Below, piece by piece: positions 61,126-64,000 of a DNA stretch of 64,000 nt; the first letter of the stretch is position 1, and each line of letters begins with the position of its first letter. The DNA comes from Terriglobia bacterium (GTDB taxonomy: Bacteria > Acidobacteriota > Terriglobia > 20CM-2-55-15): contig CBDCLE010000009.1 in NCBI GenBank assembly GCA_965218585.1, positions 32,001 to 96,000 on the forward strand. The letters are read 5' to 3'. The notes under the pieces were generated by a model, which worked only from the letters and a program-made list of their open reading frames with translations, was not told the origin of the DNA and ran no database searches. A program made the position numbers and the translations under genes.

Positions 61126-61195
61126 AACGCAGAGACGCAGAGAAATCTTATCTTTTCCTCCTGCGTCCTCTGCGAACCCAGCGCCTCTGCGCTGA
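61126..61195. repeat. ACGCAGAG-type palindromic repeat between convergent genes
   Basis: AACGCAGAGACGCAGAGA..CTGCGTCCTCTGCG..GCGCCTCTGCG. Confidence 0.65.
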
Positions 61196-61221
61196 CTGTC
61201 CTCAAGTCTTTAGCCGCCGGT

Positions 61222-61842
61222 CTAGACTCGGAAGACGCCGATGACCTTCCCGACGATTCCGAACCGGGTTGCTTCCGATTCCTGAATCCGAATCGGTTCA
61301 TACGCCGGATTTTCAGGCCGAAGTTCCACCGAATTCTTTTTCCGGTAGAAACGTTTGACCGTGGCTTCGTCTTCGATCAAGGCGACGACGATCTCACCGT
61401 TCGAAGCGGTTTTTGCTGGGCGGACCATGACGTAATCCCCATCGAGGATGTGGGCGTCCTGCATGCTGTCGCCTTCGATTTTTAGCAGGAAGGCACCTTC
61501 CGGTGCCCAGCCGTCGGGGAGGCGCACGACGTCCTCGATGTTCTCTTCGGCGAGTATAGGAGCGCCCGCCGCGACCCTTCCGACGATCGGAATCTCATTC
61601 GGCGTGGGATGCGCCCTTTCGGTTGATTGTGGTTTGACCACAACAAGTGACCGGGACCGTTTGGGCTGACGGAGGAGACGGCCCTTTCTCTCGAGTGCCT
61701 TGATGTGGTCGTGGACCGTGGCGGGATTCAAACTGAATCGATCGCCGATGTCCCGCACCGACGGGGGAAACCCGTTTCGCTCGGTGTGGTCCTCGATGAA
61801 GCTGAGAACCTCGGCTTGCCTCTCAGTTAATTCTTTCACCAA
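61222..61842 (-). CDS. lexA: SOS repressor LexA
   Basis: N-terminal wHTH (LTERQ, PPSVR), VAAG cleavage site, GDSM Ser and TVKR Lys. Confidence 0.96.
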   Translation of the reverse strand: MVKELTERQAEVLSFIEDHTERNGFPPSVRDIGDRFSLNPATVHDHIKALERKGRLLRQPKRSRSLVVVKPQSTERAHPTPNEIPIVGRVAAGAPILAEENIEDVVRLPDGWAPEGAFLLKIEGDSMQDAHILDGDYVMVRPAKTASNGEIVVALIEDEATVKRFYRKKNSVELRPENPAYEPIRIQESEATRFGIVGKVIGVFRV

Positions 61843-61962
61843 ACATATGTTGGTATAAGAGCTATCTCCGAGTCAAGCTTTAGAACGCCGTTCTACTACA
61901 ATCGCGATCGCGTACTACCCAAAAGATTGAAAGAGGTTTCTTGGCCTGGTACAGGCCACTAG

Positions 61963-62070
61963 GAGTCTGCGCGGCAGAACGATTTTGGGTCATTGTGACC
62001 ACAGCATAGTGTGTGTGCGCAGCACTTAGCATCGACATGGAGTACCGAGTTTCTTCTGCCGCGCAGACTC
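61963..62070. mobile_element. 108-bp MITE with IS1182-type ends
   Basis: TIR GAGTCTGCGCGGCAGAA is identical to the left end of the IS at 41761. CTAG TSD. Confidence 0.9.
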
Positions 62071-62373
62071 CTAGGTATTAGCTGGCTGGCGCCGGCGTTG
62101 CGCTCTGGCCCAATCTTCGTAGATATATTTAACGCGTTCTTTGTAGATAAAGAGGTTTGTGTCTCTGTCACGGGTCAGTCGGACCATGTCCCGGTCGTAG
62201 TATTCGATCCATCCCCGCACTTCTTCATCGTCCACAAGCTTTACGACGACTGGAATCTGGTTCTTCGACAGCCAGTCGAAATAATCCGACTCCCGACCCG
62301 TGGATTCGCCCGGTGACTGACGTCGCCGTCCTGTCAGTGGGTCATCGCCTCCAAACTGACTCACGTGTGTCAC
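62071..62373 (-). CDS. Hfq-like (Sm-fold) RNA chaperone; start uncertain
   Basis: E..YF..L.KNQIPVVVKL..GWIEYYD..LFIYK Sm1/Sm2-like pattern. Confidence 0.7.
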   Translation of the reverse strand: MTHVSQFGGDDPLTGRRRQSPGESTGRESDYFDWLSKNQIPVVVKLVDDEEVRGWIEYYDRDMVRLTRDRDTNLFIYKERVKYIYEDWARAQRRRQPANT

Positions 62374-62396
62374 GAGTTCCAGTATACATGCGGGCC

Positions 62397-62455
62397 CTGT
62401 AGGTAAGTTCTCGGAGCGCACGATCGAGCCGTGCGGTCATAGACTGCACTTACAG
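62397..62455. repeat. Degenerate REPIN (GTAG family)
   Basis: CTGTAGGT..GTGCGGTCATAGACTGCACTTACAG. Confidence 0.7.
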
Positions 62456-62476
62456 TTCAGGTGTTAACATTTGAAG

Positions 62477-63145
62477 ATGGGAATCGAAGCCATTCTGTTT
62501 GACCTCGGCCGTGTCATCGTGGATTTCGACATGACCGAATGCGAATCGATACTGGCTTCGGAATCCGACCTCGATAACGATGAATTCCTTGGTGTGCTCT
62601 GGGACACGGGATGGATTCGTCGTTACGAACGGGGAGAACTTTCGACCCAGGAGTTTCACGCGTTCCTCGCCGCAGAAGGCGCTCTCCGGATGGGATATGC
62701 CCAGTTTTGCCGTGTGTGGTCTGAAGTCTTCGACCCGGTACAGATCCTACCGTCGGGTCTCTTATCCGGCCTGGCGAGTCGTTACGCGATGACCCTGATA
62801 TCGAACACAAACGAGGCACACGCAGACCACATCCGCCGCAACTACGATGTTTTTGACTGGTTCACCCACCACGTTCTTTCCTACCAGGTGGGTGCCTTGA
62901 AACCGGATCCGAAGATATTCCATGCGGCCATCGAGGCGGGTGGGCACAGTCCCGAGACAGTCCTTTTTATCGACGACAGGGAAGAGAACGTCGCAGCGGG
63001 TCGCGAGCTCGGGATGCAGGCCCATCGATTTGCCTCCTCCCCAGGTCTCAGGCAGGCGTTCGAGGAACTGGGCGTCGAATTCGAATGGCCGGGGGACGAT
63101 CAGAACCCGAATCCGTCCGATAGCCATCTGACAGACAACCGGTGA
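62477..63145 (+). CDS. HAD family phosphatase (YihX-like)
   Basis: FDLGRV, SNTN, KP and FIDD. Confidence 0.9.
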   Translation: MGIEAILFDLGRVIVDFDMTECESILASESDLDNDEFLGVLWDTGWIRRYERGELSTQEFHAFLAAEGALRMGYAQFCRVWSEVFDPVQILPSGLLSGLASRYAMTLISNTNEAHADHIRRNYDVFDWFTHHVLSYQVGALKPDPKIFHAAIEAGGHSPETVLFIDDREENVAAGRELGMQAHRFASSPGLRQAFEELGVEFEWPGDDQNPNPSDSHLTDNR

Positions 63146-63705
63146 GAGGCCCATTATCGATCGTTCGCGCCTCTCTTATCGGGTACGCGATTCTTTTCGC
63201 CATGTCCCTGGCCTTGGCGTTTTGGCAGGGGCGGCTCGTGTCGATGTTCGCTTTTCCCGGCTGGCCTCGAACTGGAACGAACGTCCTGATCGGGGTTCTG
63301 CTCGCAATCGCAGTGCTTTCTGGTGGCCGGGCGCTGGGAGGAACCTTCGAATGGGCCCGGCGACTTGAAGCTGAATTTCGCTTCCTCCTGGCTCCATTGG
63401 ATCTGGGAGGAATCTTCCTCCTGGCAGTCGCGAGCGGGATCGCCGAAGAAACGTTCTTTAGAGCGATCATGCAACCCGCATTCGGGCTGTGGGTTACGAG
63501 CCTGACCTTCGGATTGCTCCACTATCCGATGAACCGCCGTCTCATTCCCTGGACGATCATTGCCATTGCCATGGGATTCGTTTTCGGCCTTGTCTATCAG
63601 TCTACCGGAAGCCTGCTTGCGGTCGCGTTGGCTCATGGATTGATCAACTTTTTCGAGTTGCGTCGGGTTGGGGGGCAGCGCCCGCCCGAGCCTCCAGCCG
63701 CCTGA
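63142..63705 (+). CDS. CPBP/CAAX intramembrane protease
   Basis: EE..FR, F..LH and H...N. Confidence 0.9.
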   Translation: MRGPLSIVRASLIGYAILFAMSLALAFWQGRLVSMFAFPGWPRTGTNVLIGVLLAIAVLSGGRALGGTFEWARRLEAEFRFLLAPLDLGGIFLLAVASGIAEETFFRAIMQPAFGLWVTSLTFGLLHYPMNRRLIPWTIIAIAMGFVFGLVYQSTGSLLAVALAHGLINFFELRRVGGQRPPEPPAA

Positions 63706-63866
63706 CCCGAGCCCGCTCCCGACGTCGAATCGAACTCTCATCACCGGATTTTGTAAAATATGCCGTTTCCGGGACGTACTGTAGGTGTAAGGGCTTCTGT
63801 TTGAGCAGGTTTGCGGTTAAAATGAACGCGTTCCGGCCCATTGGGTGAAGGTGCGTTGAATCGGAT

Positions 63867-64000
63867 ATGAAGCGACTGATTCCGGTCATCTGTCTGGTCT
63901 TACTGCTCTCCTCCGAGGTGTTGCCTCGAGCGCAGATCATTGGTGACACCGTGGCTGATGGTTCGGAGTTCGTTTTTGCCCGTCTTGTGTACGGGTCAGG
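63867..64000 (+). CDS. Secreted protein, possibly DUF4159 (3'-partial)
   Basis: Signal peptide followed by EFVFARLVY. Runs off the window end. Confidence 0.5.
   Translation, partial: MKRLIPVICLVLLLSSEVLPRAQIIGDTVADGSEFVFARLVYGS

Overview
64-kb bacterial chromosomal window, most likely Acidobacteriota (inferred from an ADOP permease, an Hfq-like protein, a kinase-PD40 gene and DUF6152 with secreted paralogs). The left part holds a tandem array of secreted paralogs separated by GTAG-type REP/REPIN elements, a Co-type nitrile hydratase operon, aromatic catabolism genes and a Tat-signal ThDP enzyme paired with a cytochrome c. The centre is a ~15-kb island (34070-49100) bounded by an intact tRNA-Leu(TAA) and a diverged copy of its 3' half. 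Inside the island, seven copies of a 40-bp palindromic site (TTCTCAA..TTGAGAA) mark the boundaries of four tandem cassettes (cassettes 1-3 have inverted ends, cassette 4 only a right end). Cassettes 1-3 share a promoter-like leader. Kinase-gene stumps sit at some cassette edges, while the interiors carry unrelated cargo (EAL/HDOD, amidohydrolase, PhoX, kinase). This looks like an undescribed gene-capture cassette system and is the main finding. Three near-identical IS256 copies, one IS5, one IS1182 and two MITEs are also present; most sit in the island, where they have broken three cargo genes. The right part is ordinary housekeeping DNA (RsbU-like phosphatase, Nramp, MOSC, ClC, nadE, Smr, lexA, Hfq-like, HAD, CAAX protease). 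Several single-base homopolymer frameshifts may be assembly errors. All family assignments come from motif recognition by eye, with no database search.
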